Assembly (NCBI GenBank): GCA_034667405.1 | Contig: JAXDJX010000018.1 | Location: 213,065 to 277,064, forward strand | Reading direction: 5' to 3' | DNA length: 64,000 nucleotides | Origin: Actinomycetota bacterium | GTDB taxonomy: Bacteria > Actinomycetota > UBA4738 > HRBIN12 | Shown: positions 45,068 through 54,574 of the stretch, piece after piece | Layout of the letters: every line of letters begins with the position of its first letter | How positions within the stretch are numbered: position 1 is the stretch's first letter | Notes under the pieces: generated by a model | The model's database searches: none | What the model was told of the DNA's origin: nothing | The model's input: only the letters and a program-made list of their open reading frames with translations | Made by a program: the position numbers and the translations under genes

Positions 45068-45451
45068 TTACGAACCCTCGACTAACGCCTGATATGCGGC
45101 CGCATCCATCAGTCCGTCGAACTCGCCTGGGTCACTAGGATCAACGACGACGAGCCATCCGTCCCCATAGGGCTGTTGATTCACCAGCTCGGGTGAGTCG
45201 TCGACTAACGGATTCCGCTCGGCGATGGTGCCGGAGATCGGGCTGTACACGTCGGAGACCGACTTCGTCGACTCGACCTCACCGAACGGCTGATTGGCCT
45301 GGACGACGACCCCGTTTTCCGGAAGGTCCACGTAGACCACGTCGCCCAGGGCGTCTTGCGCGAAATCAGTCACGCCGATCCGGACTCGGCCATCCTCCAG
45401 TCGCGCCCACTCGTGCTCCTTCGTGTAGCGAACGTCGTCGGGGAATCTCAC
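45068..45451 (-). CDS. gcvH: Glycine cleavage system H protein
   Basis: Lipoyl-lysine motif EVESTKSVSDVYSPISG and the YTKEHEWARLEDG N-terminus. GTG start follows a GAGGAGGG RBS; the ORF opens at 45520. Confidence 0.85.
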   Translation of the reverse strand: MRFPDDVRYTKEHEWARLEDGRVRIGVTDFAQDALGDVVYVDLPENGVVVQANQPFGEVESTKSVSDVYSPISGTIAERNPLVDDSPELVNQQPYGDGWLVVVDPSDPGEFDGLMDAAAYQALVEGS

Positions 45452-45535
45452 GTCACCCTCCTCGTCGGTGGAACGGAACGATAGCGGCTCCCGTTGGTGC
45501 GTGGGCCCCCGCCTCGGCAAGTGTCGCCCGTCGGG

Positions 45536-46135
45536 TCACGCCGGGGTGGACAACACGCGTCGGATGTCGAACGCATAGGCGCCGGCGGCGACGTAGTACT
45601 CGACGATCCCGACCCAGAACAACGTCCAGCCGCCGACCAAAAGCGCCGAAGAGAACGGGTAGCCCAGGTGGCCCCAGGAGATCCACGGGATGGCAGCCAT
45701 CAGACAGAACGTGGCCGTCTTCCCGATGAAGCGAACATCCAGGCGCACCCGACGGGCCGACAGCAGCGCGGCCCCCGCGATCAACACGCAGAGGTCGCGA
45801 GCAAGGATCAACAGGGCCGCCCATAACGGGAACGCGCCCCTGATCACTAGGGCGGCGAGCCCAGCGGCGATCGCGAGCCGGTCCGCGAGAGGGTCGAGGA
45901 CCTTTCCGAGCTCCGAGACCTGCCCGGTACGCCGAGCAACGATGCCGTCAACCCAGTCCGTCGCCACGACGAAGGAGAAGAGCACGATCCCCCCGAGCGT
46001 TGTTGGGCGGTGCACGATCAGGTAGACGAAGAGCGGGATCAGGATGATCCGCACCAACGAGATGACGTTCGGAACGGTGAGGATCGCCGACGAGGCGTCG
46101 GAGGGGCGGGATCCGGTGTGGGCTGTCCCTTTCAT
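45536..46135 (-). CDS. pgsA: CDP-alcohol phosphatidyltransferase (PgsA-like)
   Basis: CDP-OH transferase motif DWVDGIVARRTGQVSELGKVLDPLADR, with about 5 TM helices. Confidence 0.8.
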   Translation of the reverse strand: MKGTAHTGSRPSDASSAILTVPNVISLVRIILIPLFVYLIVHRPTTLGGIVLFSFVVATDWVDGIVARRTGQVSELGKVLDPLADRLAIAAGLAALVIRGAFPLWAALLILARDLCVLIAGAALLSARRVRLDVRFIGKTATFCLMAAIPWISWGHLGYPFSSALLVGGWTLFWVGIVEYYVAAGAYAFDIRRVLSTPA

Positions 46136-46138
46136 CGG

Positions 46139-46213
46139 TCGGGCCGGCCGGATTCGAACCGGCGACCTTCTGACCCCCAGTCAGACGCGCTAACCAAGCT
46201 GCGCCACGGCCCG
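46139..46213 (-). tRNA. tRNA-Pro (anticodon GGG)
   Basis: On the minus strand: acceptor CGGGCCG/CGGCCCG; D-arm with GG; anticodon stem TCTGA/TCAGA with loop CTGGGGG (anticodon GGG); T-arm GCCGG-TTCGAAT-CCGGC; discriminator A. CCA is not encoded. Confidence 0.8.
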
Positions 46214-46309
46214 TCGCGCGCACCCTAACAGTCGCCGGGAACCAGCGGCGAGAACGTCTGGCCGAAACGGGCGTTGCGGAGGCCGCGAGCTTCGTGCTTA
46301 GGTGCAACG

Positions 46310-47563
46310 ATGTCGAGGATCCGGGGTATCAGGGCACTGTGCCTGGCGGGTGTTCTCGTGGCCGGCACCGCGTCGCTCGCGTTCGCGGCACCCGGCGACC
46401 TCGACCCGACGTTCAACGGCAACGGGACGATCGTCGGCGCCGACCCGCTCGGATCGCACGGCAACGACCTGCTCATCCAGCCGGATGGGAAGGTCCTGGT
46501 GGTCGGATCTGTGTTCGAGCGAACGTCCTACTTCTCGGTGCGCCGGTTCACGCCGGATGGAGAGCCGGACATGAGTTTCAGCACCGATGGGGAAGTCTCG
46601 ACCAGGTTTGGCGCCATCGATGCTGCCGACGCCGCCGCGGCGGCCGTTGCGCTGACACCGGGAGGAAAGATCGTCGTGGTCGGGTCGGCGTTCGATGGCG
46701 AGGACGGGGCGCTCGCCCTCTACCGAGCGAATGGCGAACTCGATCGAACCTTCCGGGACAACGGACGTCTGGAGTTCAACTCCAGACGTCCGGACGCTGC
46801 CATCGATGTTGCCGTCCAGGTGGACGGCCGGATCCTGGTGGTTGCCGTCGAGGGCAAGAAGCATGTGCTCTACCGGCTGACGCCTCGCGGCTACAACGAT
46901 GGATCCCTCGATGTCGACGGCCGGCTGACCTTCACGGCGTTCAAACCGACCTGCGTCGATCTGCAAGCCGATGGCAAGATCGTGCTCGGGGGGTGGGTGT
47001 CCAGGGCCGACGGGAGCAGAGGGTTCGCCCTCGAGCGTCGGTACGAGGGCGGAGCTATCGATCGCTCGTTCGGCTCGAACGGCCGGGTCGTGACACCCAT
47101 CCGAGACACCGCCTCCGTATCGGCACTCTCCATCATGGAGGACGGCAGGATCGTCGCCGTGGGAGAGGCCGATTCGTTCAGTGGAACAACGCGAGGAGGA
47201 ACGGGTGTGGCGCGGTATCTCTCCGACGGGACCGCGGACCCCTCGTTCGGGAACGGCACGGGATCGATGAGCACGACGAAGGTCTTCGCTGAATCGCTGG
47301 ACACGCTCCCGGATGGCTCCACCGCGATCGGCGGGTTCGTGCAGGATGGACAGCATCACCGGTGGGCTGTCGCCCGGCTCCTGCCGGACGGCGCGTTGGA
47401 TCCATCGTTCGGCGAAGGGGGGGTCAAGGTCCGCGTCATCGCCGGCAGCAACTCGGCGATCAACGGCCTCGCGTTCCAAGCTGACGGGCGGATCATTGCC
47501 GCGGGCACGGTGGTTCTGTCCGGGCGCTACCAGTTCGCGGTCGCGCGCCACCTCGCCACCTAG
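46310..47563 (+). CDS. Secreted repeat protein (delta-60-type beta-propeller-like repeats)
   Basis: Signal peptide (MSRIRGIRALCLAGVLVAGTASLAFA), then about 7 repeats built on D-P-[ST]-F-G/N-x-[ND]-G (DLDPTFNGNG, DRSFGSNG, DPSFGNGTG, DPSFGEGG...). Confidence 0.65.
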   Translation: MSRIRGIRALCLAGVLVAGTASLAFAAPGDLDPTFNGNGTIVGADPLGSHGNDLLIQPDGKVLVVGSVFERTSYFSVRRFTPDGEPDMSFSTDGEVSTRFGAIDAADAAAAAVALTPGGKIVVVGSAFDGEDGALALYRANGELDRTFRDNGRLEFNSRRPDAAIDVAVQVDGRILVVAVEGKKHVLYRLTPRGYNDGSLDVDGRLTFTAFKPTCVDLQADGKIVLGGWVSRADGSRGFALERRYEGGAIDRSFGSNGRVVTPIRDTASVSALSIMEDGRIVAVGEADSFSGTTRGGTGVARYLSDGTADPSFGNGTGSMSTTKVFAESLDTLPDGSTAIGGFVQDGQHHRWAVARLLPDGALDPSFGEGGVKVRVIAGSNSAINGLAFQADGRIIAAGTVVLSGRYQFAVARHLAT

Positions 47564-48876
47564 CGGCCCTTGTCGCTCCCTCTGGTTCGCGGCCGGTAGG
47601 AGAACCTGATGGGCACACCTTCGAATCCGAACTCGCGGCGGAACCGGTTCTCCATGTAGCGCCTATACCCCGGGCCCGGCTCCTTCGCTCCCCCGAACAC
47701 GACGAACGAAGGTGGCGCCGATCCGATCTGCGTGGCGTAGTGGAGACTTCCCGCCGCTCGCGGCGTCGGCCGCTCCGCCTGCGCCTCATGCATGACGTCG
47801 TTCACCCTGGATGTGGGGATCCGAAGCCTCCACCTATGGTGCAGCTCCATCAGGATAGGCGGCAGGCGGTGCACACCCTGCGATGTCTTCGCCGAGGTGC
47901 GGATGGCTTCGGCCTTGGCGAACAACGACACCTCCTCCTGCATGATCTTGAAGGTGCGGTCCTTGTCTTCCACCAGGTCCCACTTGTTCGCGACGACGAG
48001 CAACGCCCTGCCCGCATTTATCGCGAGGTTCGCGATCTTCTTGTCCTCCCCGGTGAACCCTTCGGTTGCGTCGAGCACGAGCACGGCCGCGTGCGCGCGC
48101 TCGATGGCCTCGGTTGCCCGAAGGACGCTGTAATACTCGACGCCGCGCACCTTGGTTCCCCGCCGCATCCCCGCCGTATCCACGAATCGGACGGTGCCGA
48201 GTCCCGGCCATTCGACCAGCGCGTCCACGGCATCGCGGGTCGTTCCCGCCTCCTCGAAGACCACCGAGCGATCCTGACCGATAAGTCCGTTGAACAGGGA
48301 TGACTTCCCCACGTTGGGACGGCCGACCAGAGCGAAGCGTGGTTCGGGTTCCACCGCCTCGGTCGAACGAGGAGCATCTGGTAGCAACGCGACGATACGG
48401 TCCAGCAGATCCCCGGCGCCGAGCCCGTGCAGCGCGCTGACCGCGAACGGCTCCCCCAAGCCGAGCCGGATGAATGCAGTGACCTCGGGTTCCTCCTTCT
48501 CGGCATCGACCTTGTTCGCGACGACCAGCACCGGCACGTCGACGCGTCGCAGCCGCCTGGCGAGATCATCGTCGTCCTGCGTGATCCCCGAGCGCGCGTC
48601 GACGACCAGCACGATGAGGTCTGCTTCTGCCGCGGCTCGCGAGGCCTGGTCGGCAACCTTCGACTCGATCCCGCGGGCGTCGTGCGCATACCCGCCGGTG
48701 TCGATGAGGGTGAATCGGCGGCCGTTCCACACGGCGTCGAGTTCGATCCGGTCTCGGGTTACCCCGGCCATGGGGTGGGCGATGGCCTCGCGGCGACCGA
48801 AGAGACGGTTGACCAAGGTCGACTTCCCGACGTTCTGTCGACCGATAACGGCGATGCGGGGGGCCGGGGCGCTCAA
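47560..48876 (-). CDS. der: Ribosome-biogenesis GTPase Der (EngA)
   Basis: Two tandem GTPase domains (GRQNVGKST...DTGG and GRPNVGKSS...DTAG) and a C-terminal KH-like domain. Confidence 0.9.
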   Translation of the reverse strand: MSAPAPRIAVIGRQNVGKSTLVNRLFGRREAIAHPMAGVTRDRIELDAVWNGRRFTLIDTGGYAHDARGIESKVADQASRAAAEADLIVLVVDARSGITQDDDDLARRLRRVDVPVLVVANKVDAEKEEPEVTAFIRLGLGEPFAVSALHGLGAGDLLDRIVALLPDAPRSTEAVEPEPRFALVGRPNVGKSSLFNGLIGQDRSVVFEEAGTTRDAVDALVEWPGLGTVRFVDTAGMRRGTKVRGVEYYSVLRATEAIERAHAAVLVLDATEGFTGEDKKIANLAINAGRALLVVANKWDLVEDKDRTFKIMQEEVSLFAKAEAIRTSAKTSQGVHRLPPILMELHHRWRLRIPTSRVNDVMHEAQAERPTPRAAGSLHYATQIGSAPPSFVVFGGAKEPGPGYRRYMENRFRREFGFEGVPIRFSYRPRTRGSDKGR

Positions 48877-49535
48877 GCCATCAGTCCCGGGGCATGGATC
48901 CGAACAAGATCGAGCGCAGCCTGGAGGGTTTGGCGAGCATCCAGCGACGCGGTGTCGAGGATGGTTGAGCCGGGCGGTGCCTCCAACGGGTTCACGCCGG
49001 CGTCTTTCGCATCGCGAGAGCGCAGAGAAGCCTCAACCTCAGCCTGAGTTGAGGGTCGTTCCTCGGCACGGCGCGCCACGCGAGATGGTGCGTCCGCAGT
49101 CAGGTAGAGCTTGAGCGGCGCGTCCGGGAACACGACCGAACCGATATCTCGACCGTCCATCACGGCCCCGTGGAGGTCTCCCAACGCGCGTTGCGCTGCG
49201 CGCATGATCGTTCGAACCTCCGGGTGACGCGCGACGTTCGAGACCTCCGCTTCAACCTCGGGTGTCTGAAGGTCGCGGCTCGGAGGGAGGCCCTGGATCA
49301 GGAGTTCGGGAGGGATCGCGTCAGACAGGGAGAAGTGGATCTCACGCAGCAGGCCCACCAGGGACGGTGCATCGTCGGTCGCCGTCGCGGTTCGCAGTGC
49401 CTCGAGGGTCAGGTGGCGATACATGAGACCGGTGTTCACGTAGGGAAGCCGAAGGGCGACGGCGAGCGCCTTGCCCAGGGTCGACTTGCCGCTCCCCGCA
49501 GCGCCGTCGATCGTGATCACCGCCGGATCGCTCAC
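48873..49535 (-). CDS. cmk: Cytidylate kinase
   Basis: P-loop ITIDGAAGSGKST, 220 aa. Its start overlaps the aroA stop and its stop overlaps the der start (4-nt overlaps). Confidence 0.9.
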   Translation of the reverse strand: MSDPAVITIDGAAGSGKSTLGKALAVALRLPYVNTGLMYRHLTLEALRTATATDDAPSLVGLLREIHFSLSDAIPPELLIQGLPPSRDLQTPEVEAEVSNVARHPEVRTIMRAAQRALGDLHGAVMDGRDIGSVVFPDAPLKLYLTADAPSRVARRAEERPSTQAEVEASLRSRDAKDAGVNPLEAPPGSTILDTASLDARQTLQAALDLVRIHAPGLMA

Positions 49536-50902
49536 GTCGCCACCCGGATGTGCGCGCCGAGCGCTGCGAGCGTTCCGGCGAATCCCGGGAAGGACACGTC
49601 TGCCGCCTCGGCTCCATCGATCTCGCAGGGACCATCGGCGCCCAGCGCGGCGACCACCAACGCCATCGCCATCCGGTGGTCACCGCCTGCCCGAGCCCAT
49701 CCGCCGCGAACACCGCCCCCCGCCACCACCAGGTCCTCGCCCTCTGCGGCGGCGCGTGCGCCGAGGCCGGTGAGACCGTCGGCAACGCCTGCCAATCGGT
49801 CCGACTCCTTGACCCGGAGTTCGCTGACCCCCAAGAACCAGGAATCCTGCGAAGCGTGGGCAGCCATCGCTGCGAGCACAGGGATCTCGTCGATGATCAA
49901 CGGGATCTCGTCCTCTGCAACCGTCACCGCATCGATACCCCCGGCGCCTGCCACCCAGAGATCGCCAACGGGCTCGCCTACCGAGGTGTCGTGGATGTGT
50001 ACTTCGGTACGAACGCCCATCCGCGCCATCACATCTAGGAAATGCAACCTGCTGGGGTTGAGGCCAACCCCTCGGATGGTGATCTCCGAACCCGTGAGCG
50101 CGGCCGCCGCCACGATGAACGCCGCGGACGACGGGTCCCCGGGAACGCGACCCTCGAACCCCTCGTGCTGGAAGGGTTCGAGGCGGACCGCGGTGCCTTC
50201 GGTCGAAATCGGAGCGCCGAGCGCCAACAGTGCCCGCTCCGTGTGATCGCGCGTCTGAACCGTTTCCTCAACGGTGGTTACGCCTTCGGCCCCAAGACCC
50301 GCGAGCAGCACGGCGCTCTTGACCTGCGCCGAGGGGACGGGGCTGCGATAGATGATCCCCCGGAGGCCTCCCCCCTCCACGGTCACAGGTGCGCGCCCAT
50401 CCGTGGTGCTGACTCGGGCGCCCATCGTGCGGAGGGGTTCAGCCACGCGTTCCATCGGCCGGGTGGAGAGACTGTCATCGCCGGCGAGCACCACCGTCAG
50501 GGGCAGACCCGCGGCGAGTCCCGCGAGGAGACGCATGCTCGTCCCGGAGTTCCCACAGTCGAGGTCTCTCTCCGGGGATCGGAGGCCATCACGACCCTCA
50601 CCCTGCACCTCAAGCGCCGAGCGGGGACCCTCGATGAGACCGGTGTTCCACGTGGAACCGCCCGCCTCGTGAGCAGGTCCACCGTTCTCGCTCCAAGCCT
50701 CAAGTCCAGGTCGAGCAGCTGGCGCCAGAGCCGCCAAGCAGGCCGCCGTTGAGCGCACATCGAGACTCTGCGGCACGTCGTGGATCCGGCACGCGCCGCT
50801 CGCCGTCGAGGAAAGGATGAGCCATCGATGGGCGATCGACTTGTCCCCCGGTACCGCTACCTCACCGGACAGGGACGATCCTGGTGTCACCTGTAGCCGC
50901 AT
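49532..50902 (-). CDS. aroA: 3-phosphoshikimate 1-carboxyvinyltransferase (EPSP synthase)
   Basis: VPGDKSIAHRWLIL N-terminal signature, plus LDCGNSGTSMRLLAG and RVKESDRL motifs. Confidence 0.85.
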   Translation of the reverse strand: MRLQVTPGSSLSGEVAVPGDKSIAHRWLILSSTASGACRIHDVPQSLDVRSTAACLAALAPAARPGLEAWSENGGPAHEAGGSTWNTGLIEGPRSALEVQGEGRDGLRSPERDLDCGNSGTSMRLLAGLAAGLPLTVVLAGDDSLSTRPMERVAEPLRTMGARVSTTDGRAPVTVEGGGLRGIIYRSPVPSAQVKSAVLLAGLGAEGVTTVEETVQTRDHTERALLALGAPISTEGTAVRLEPFQHEGFEGRVPGDPSSAAFIVAAAALTGSEITIRGVGLNPSRLHFLDVMARMGVRTEVHIHDTSVGEPVGDLWVAGAGGIDAVTVAEDEIPLIIDEIPVLAAMAAHASQDSWFLGVSELRVKESDRLAGVADGLTGLGARAAAEGEDLVVAGGGVRGGWARAGGDHRMAMALVVAALGADGPCEIDGAEAADVSFPGFAGTLAALGAHIRVAT

Positions 50903-50911
50903 AGGTCCCCC

Positions 50912-52018
50912 TCAGGCCAGCCGGATCGGGTCGAACGCCGCGCCCCGAAGGATCTCGGCGGCCGCGTCGGCGTCGGCTGCGGCGACCGTGAGGTGTACGG
51001 TCCCGCGGCCTCCTTCGAGCGAGTGCACGATCTGCAGATCCTCGATGTTGACGCCGCCCACCCCCAATGCCGCCGTCAGGCTCGCCAGCGCACCCGGGCG
51101 GTCCGGCACTGGTACCTGGAGCACGCCGACGCCCGCACGGACGTTGGGCTTCGCCGCCAGCTTCAAACGAGCCGCCTTGGCGAACTCGAAGGTCTGTTGG
51201 ATCGCCGCAGTGTCTCCACTGGCGATGTCCTCACGAAGCGTGGAGAGGCGGCGTATGTAGAGATCCAGGGCGGCCGTGATCTGGCCGGCGTTGGAACGGA
51301 GGATCTCGCTCCACAACCCTGGATCGCTCGAGGCCAGGCGCGTCAGATCCCGGAACCCGCCGGCCGCAAGGAGGAGCATGCCGGGCTCATCGGACTCCTC
51401 GGTGGCAGCGAGCGCCATGAGGGCCGTCGAGGCCACCTGCGGCAGGTGGCTGGTGAACGCGACCAGATGATCGTGGCGCTCCGGCGTCATCCGAACGGCC
51501 CGCGCCCCGATCCGTTCGATCCAGGTGGTGAGGCGATCGACCTGCGATGACTCGCTGGCGGCCGTAGGGGTCAGAACCCAGACGATGTCATCCACGAGGG
51601 AAGGGGCGGCGTGCTCGGGCCCGGAACGCTCGGACCCTCCCATCGGGTGACCCGGAACGAACCGCGCGGCCGCCTTGGACGGCAACACCACCGACGCGAC
51701 CGGCCCTTTGATGCTGGCCGTGTCCGTCACCACAGCGTTCGGGGCGCCTACGAGGGCGCGAACAGCGAGATCCGCGACAGCTGCGATCGGCGTGCAGATC
51801 ACCACGATATCGGCAGCTTCCACCGCGAGGTCCAGCGAGGCGGCAGGGTCGAATCCAGCCCGTTCCCCCGCCCTGGCCGCGACACCGGCGTCGGCGTCCC
51901 AGCCCGTCACCGAGCACCCGACACGGGCTGCCGCCATGGCGATCGATGCGCCGATGAGTCCGGTGCCGAGCACCGCGACGCGCTCAGGTATCGAGGTCAT
52001 CGCGAAGCGACTCCGCAC
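50912..52018 (-). CDS. tyrA: Prephenate dehydrogenase (TyrA) with C-terminal ACT domain
   Basis: Rossmann fold VAVLGTGLIGASIAMAA, a PDH core (HPMGGSE), and a C-terminal ACT domain. The true start may be the internal Met (MTSIPER...). Confidence 0.8.
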   Translation of the reverse strand: MRSRFAMTSIPERVAVLGTGLIGASIAMAAARVGCSVTGWDADAGVAARAGERAGFDPAASLDLAVEAADIVVICTPIAAVADLAVRALVGAPNAVVTDTASIKGPVASVVLPSKAAARFVPGHPMGGSERSGPEHAAPSLVDDIVWVLTPTAASESSQVDRLTTWIERIGARAVRMTPERHDHLVAFTSHLPQVASTALMALAATEESDEPGMLLLAAGGFRDLTRLASSDPGLWSEILRSNAGQITAALDLYIRRLSTLREDIASGDTAAIQQTFEFAKAARLKLAAKPNVRAGVGVLQVPVPDRPGALASLTAALGVGGVNIEDLQIVHSLEGGRGTVHLTVAAADADAAAEILRGAAFDPIRLA

Positions 52019-52346
52019 CGTCGAGGTAGACGTGCGAGACCTGATCTAGCCTCTGCTCGCTGTGGAAGTGCACCAAGATCCGGACCACCGACGCCATGGA
52101 ACCTCGCACCGGGATCTCGCGCGCGCACAGCAGCGGCACCTGCGCCAGCCCCATGGAGCGGGCCGCCTCTGCGGGGAACGCCGCCGCGAGGTCCTCCGTT
52201 GCGGTGAAGAGGATGCTGATGAGGTCGTCGGTTGCGATCTCGTTGCGCGTCAGAACGGTCTGCAGGAGACGCTCCGTTGCAGCGCTGATGGCCTGCCGCG
52301 TATCTTCGGCCACGACGATGGCGCCTCGCGCCGCGCGAACCCGCAT
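51984..52346 (-). CDS. aroH: Chorismate mutase, AroH class
   Basis: AroH-type signature RGAIVVAEDT near the N-terminus (ORF offset), in a 120-aa YjgF-like-fold protein. Confidence 0.7.
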   Translation of the reverse strand: MRVRAARGAIVVAEDTRQAISAATERLLQTVLTRNEIATDDLISILFTATEDLAAAFPAEAARSMGLAQVPLLCAREIPVRGSMASVVRILVHFHSEQRLDQVSHVYLDGAESLRDDLDT

Positions 52347-52418
52347 CTGCGTTCCTCCGGGAAGCCGGGAGACGGTCCCCCGGGTCTGGCAACAGGCTAC
52401 AGGACGGCCTTGGTCGCC

Positions 52419-53147
52419 TCAGAGGCCCGCGACGAGGTACAGACCCACCAGATCGTCGTGTGAGAGTTCGCGGAGTTCGCCTGGGGCCAGGTCGCCCAGG
52501 AGCACCGGCCCTACCCGCAGGCGTACCAGCCGAACGACAGGGAGACCCACCGCTGCGAGCAAGCGGCGCACCTCCCGTTTGCGTCCTTCGGTCATCACCA
52601 GACGAAGGGCGACGCGATCTCCCGTCCGGCCGACCTCTCGGATCCCCGCGGCGCGGGCGGGCCCATCCTCCAGGTCCACCCCGTTGCGGATCCTTGCCAG
52701 CTGCTTGTCCGTGGCCGGCCCTTCCACCTCCGCGAGGTACTCCTTTTCGACGCCGAAGCTCGGGTGGGTGAGCCGGTTCGCGAGGTCACCGTCGTTGGTA
52801 AGAAGCAGGAGTCCCTCGGTATCGCGATCCAGGCGGCCGACCGGGAACACCCGGGGTCCCTCCTTCGGCAGGAACGTGGTGATGTCGGTCCTGCCCTGCG
52901 GATCGTCCATGGTGGTGATGACCCCCGCGGGCTTGTGCAGGGCGTAATACCTCACGTTCGGGTCGAGGTTCACGCCGTGACCGTCGACCTTGACCTCTTG
53001 CTTTCCCGGGGTCACACGGCTCCCCAAGATGGCAACCGTTCCGTCGATGGTGACCCTCCCGGCGGCGATGAGCTCTTCACATGCCCTGCGGGACCCGAAT
53101 CCGGCGCGCGCAAGGGTCCGCTGGAGGCGCTCCTGCCCCTCATCCAT
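52419..53147 (-). CDS. rluB: 23S rRNA pseudouridine synthase (RluB/RsuA family) with N-terminal S4 domain
   Basis: S4 domain (RLQRTLARAGFGSRRACEELI...), catalytic GRLDRDTEGLLLLTNDG, and YYALHKPAGV. Internal Met start; the longer ORF N-terminus is low complexity. Confidence 0.85.
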   Translation of the reverse strand: MDEGQERLQRTLARAGFGSRRACEELIAAGRVTIDGTVAILGSRVTPGKQEVKVDGHGVNLDPNVRYYALHKPAGVITTMDDPQGRTDITTFLPKEGPRVFPVGRLDRDTEGLLLLTNDGDLANRLTHPSFGVEKEYLAEVEGPATDKQLARIRNGVDLEDGPARAAGIREVGRTGDRVALRLVMTEGRKREVRRLLAAVGLPVVRLVRLRVGPVLLGDLAPGELRELSHDDLVGLYLVAGL

Positions 53148-53148
53148 G

Positions 53149-53826
53149 TCAGGCCGGCCGGTCGTCCTCAAGGATCCCGGCGTCTGGTGCGTCCTGCTCG
53201 TCCAACGAGACCACCATCTCCTCTTCCTCCGGTCGCTCGTCGGAGTCTCCTGCAGCAAGATCGGTGTCGACGACCGTGTCCGCCAGATCGCCGCCCATCT
53301 CCTCGGCGTCGGGCCCGAGGAGCGGAGCGAGGGAAGGCAATGACGCGAGGGAAGGCAGGCCGAGCCGCTCCAGGAAGCCGGGCGTCGTGCCGTAGAGCAC
53401 GGGCCGCCCAGGCGTCTCCTCGCGACCGGACTCTTCGATAAGCCCGCGGTCCTGCAGGGCCCGCAAGACTCCGTCCGAGTTGACACCCCGGATCCCGCCC
53501 ACCTGATGCCGGGTGACCGGCTGCTTGTACGCGACGATGCTGAGCGTCTCCAGTGCCGCCTTCGTCAGACGGGCTTGGCGCGACGAGAGGACGAAGCGTT
53601 CGACCATGGCGGCCACATCCGGATGGGTGAACAGTCGCCAGCCGCCGGCAACGTTGCGCAGGACCAGTCCCGAGCCGCGATCCTCGAGTTCCTTGGCCAG
53701 GGCGTCGCACGCGTTCTCCACGTCGCGCCGGTCGGCCTCGAGCGTCTGTGCCAGCACGGAGGCACTCAACGGTTCATCCGACACGAAGAAGAGCGACTCG
53801 AGCGCTCTGCTGTCCACCGCCGTCAT
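53149..53826 (-). CDS. scpB: Segregation and condensation protein B
   Basis: Winged-helix ScpB signatures (LESLFFVSDEPLS, IVAYKQPVTRHQV..IRGV) and an acidic C-terminal tail. Confidence 0.85.
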   Translation of the reverse strand: MTAVDSRALESLFFVSDEPLSASVLAQTLEADRRDVENACDALAKELEDRGSGLVLRNVAGGWRLFTHPDVAAMVERFVLSSRQARLTKAALETLSIVAYKQPVTRHQVGGIRGVNSDGVLRALQDRGLIEESGREETPGRPVLYGTTPGFLERLGLPSLASLPSLAPLLGPDAEEMGGDLADTVVDTDLAAGDSDERPEEEEMVVSLDEQDAPDAGILEDDRPA

Positions 53827-53827
53827 C

Positions 53828-54574
53828 TCAACCCATCCACTCGATCTCGATCTCGCCGAACGTCTGACCCTGCTGCAACTCCACCTTGCCCTCACGGTAC
53901 AGCTCGAGGAGGGCCAGGAAACGCACCACCACGTGGATCCGTTCCTCGCAATCGGCGACGATCTCCCGGAAGGTGGCCGCGCGTCCGAAGTCCGCAATCC
54001 TGGCCTCCAGCGTGCTCATGGCATCTGCGACGGTGAATCGGATCGGCGTGACGTGAGAGAGGTCCAAGGTGGGAGGCGGCCGCAAGACCTGGGCGGCGAT
54101 CACGGCCAGCGCGTCCGCCGTGACCTTGTCCAACGGGTCGGGGTACAGATGGGAGAACTCCGGACCCGGACCGACGTCGCGCGTGAAGTATCCAGCCTCA
54201 TCCTCCAGCCGCCGCGCGATCTCGACCGCGACCTTCCGGAAGGCCGATAGCTCGAGCGAGCGCGCATACACCAGGTCGGGCGAACCGCCGAGCATGTCGT
54301 CCTCGTCGGGTTCGACGTGTCGGGGGGTGAGTCGAGCGACCTTGAGCTCCAGCAGCACCGCGCAGATCGCCAGGAACCACGTGGCCTCCTCGAGGTTCCA
54401 CTGCTCGGTGTCCTTCGCGTAGGCGAGGTACCCGTCCGTGACGCTCGAGACACGGATGTCGCAGACATCCACCTTCTGCTCCAAGATGAGATCGGCCAGA
54501 AGTCGGAACGGGCCCGTGAACACCGGGAGGTCGACGGTGAATCCGGGGTCATGAGCGGCCGGTTGCACGCTCAT
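53828..54574 (-). CDS. scpA: Segregation and condensation protein A
   Basis: ScpA signatures (FTGPFRLLADLILEQKVDVCDI, ATWFLAICAVLLELK). Internal Met start overlaps the trpS stop. Confidence 0.85.
   Translation of the reverse strand: MSVQPAAHDPGFTVDLPVFTGPFRLLADLILEQKVDVCDIRVSSVTDGYLAYAKDTEQWNLEEATWFLAICAVLLELKVARLTPRHVEPDEDDMLGGSPDLVYARSLELSAFRKVAVEIARRLEDEAGYFTRDVGPGPEFSHLYPDPLDKVTADALAVIAAQVLRPPPTLDLSHVTPIRFTVADAMSTLEARIADFGRAATFREIVADCEERIHVVVRFLALLELYREGKVELQQGQTFGEIEIEWMG

Noticed and set aside
45452-45535. Glycine riboswitch upstream of gcvH
   Set aside because: The 84-nt leader lacks the conserved glycine-aptamer core elements, with no CUCUGGAGAG or ACCGAAGGGGCAA-like segments. The call is by eye only, and a covariance-model scan would settle it.
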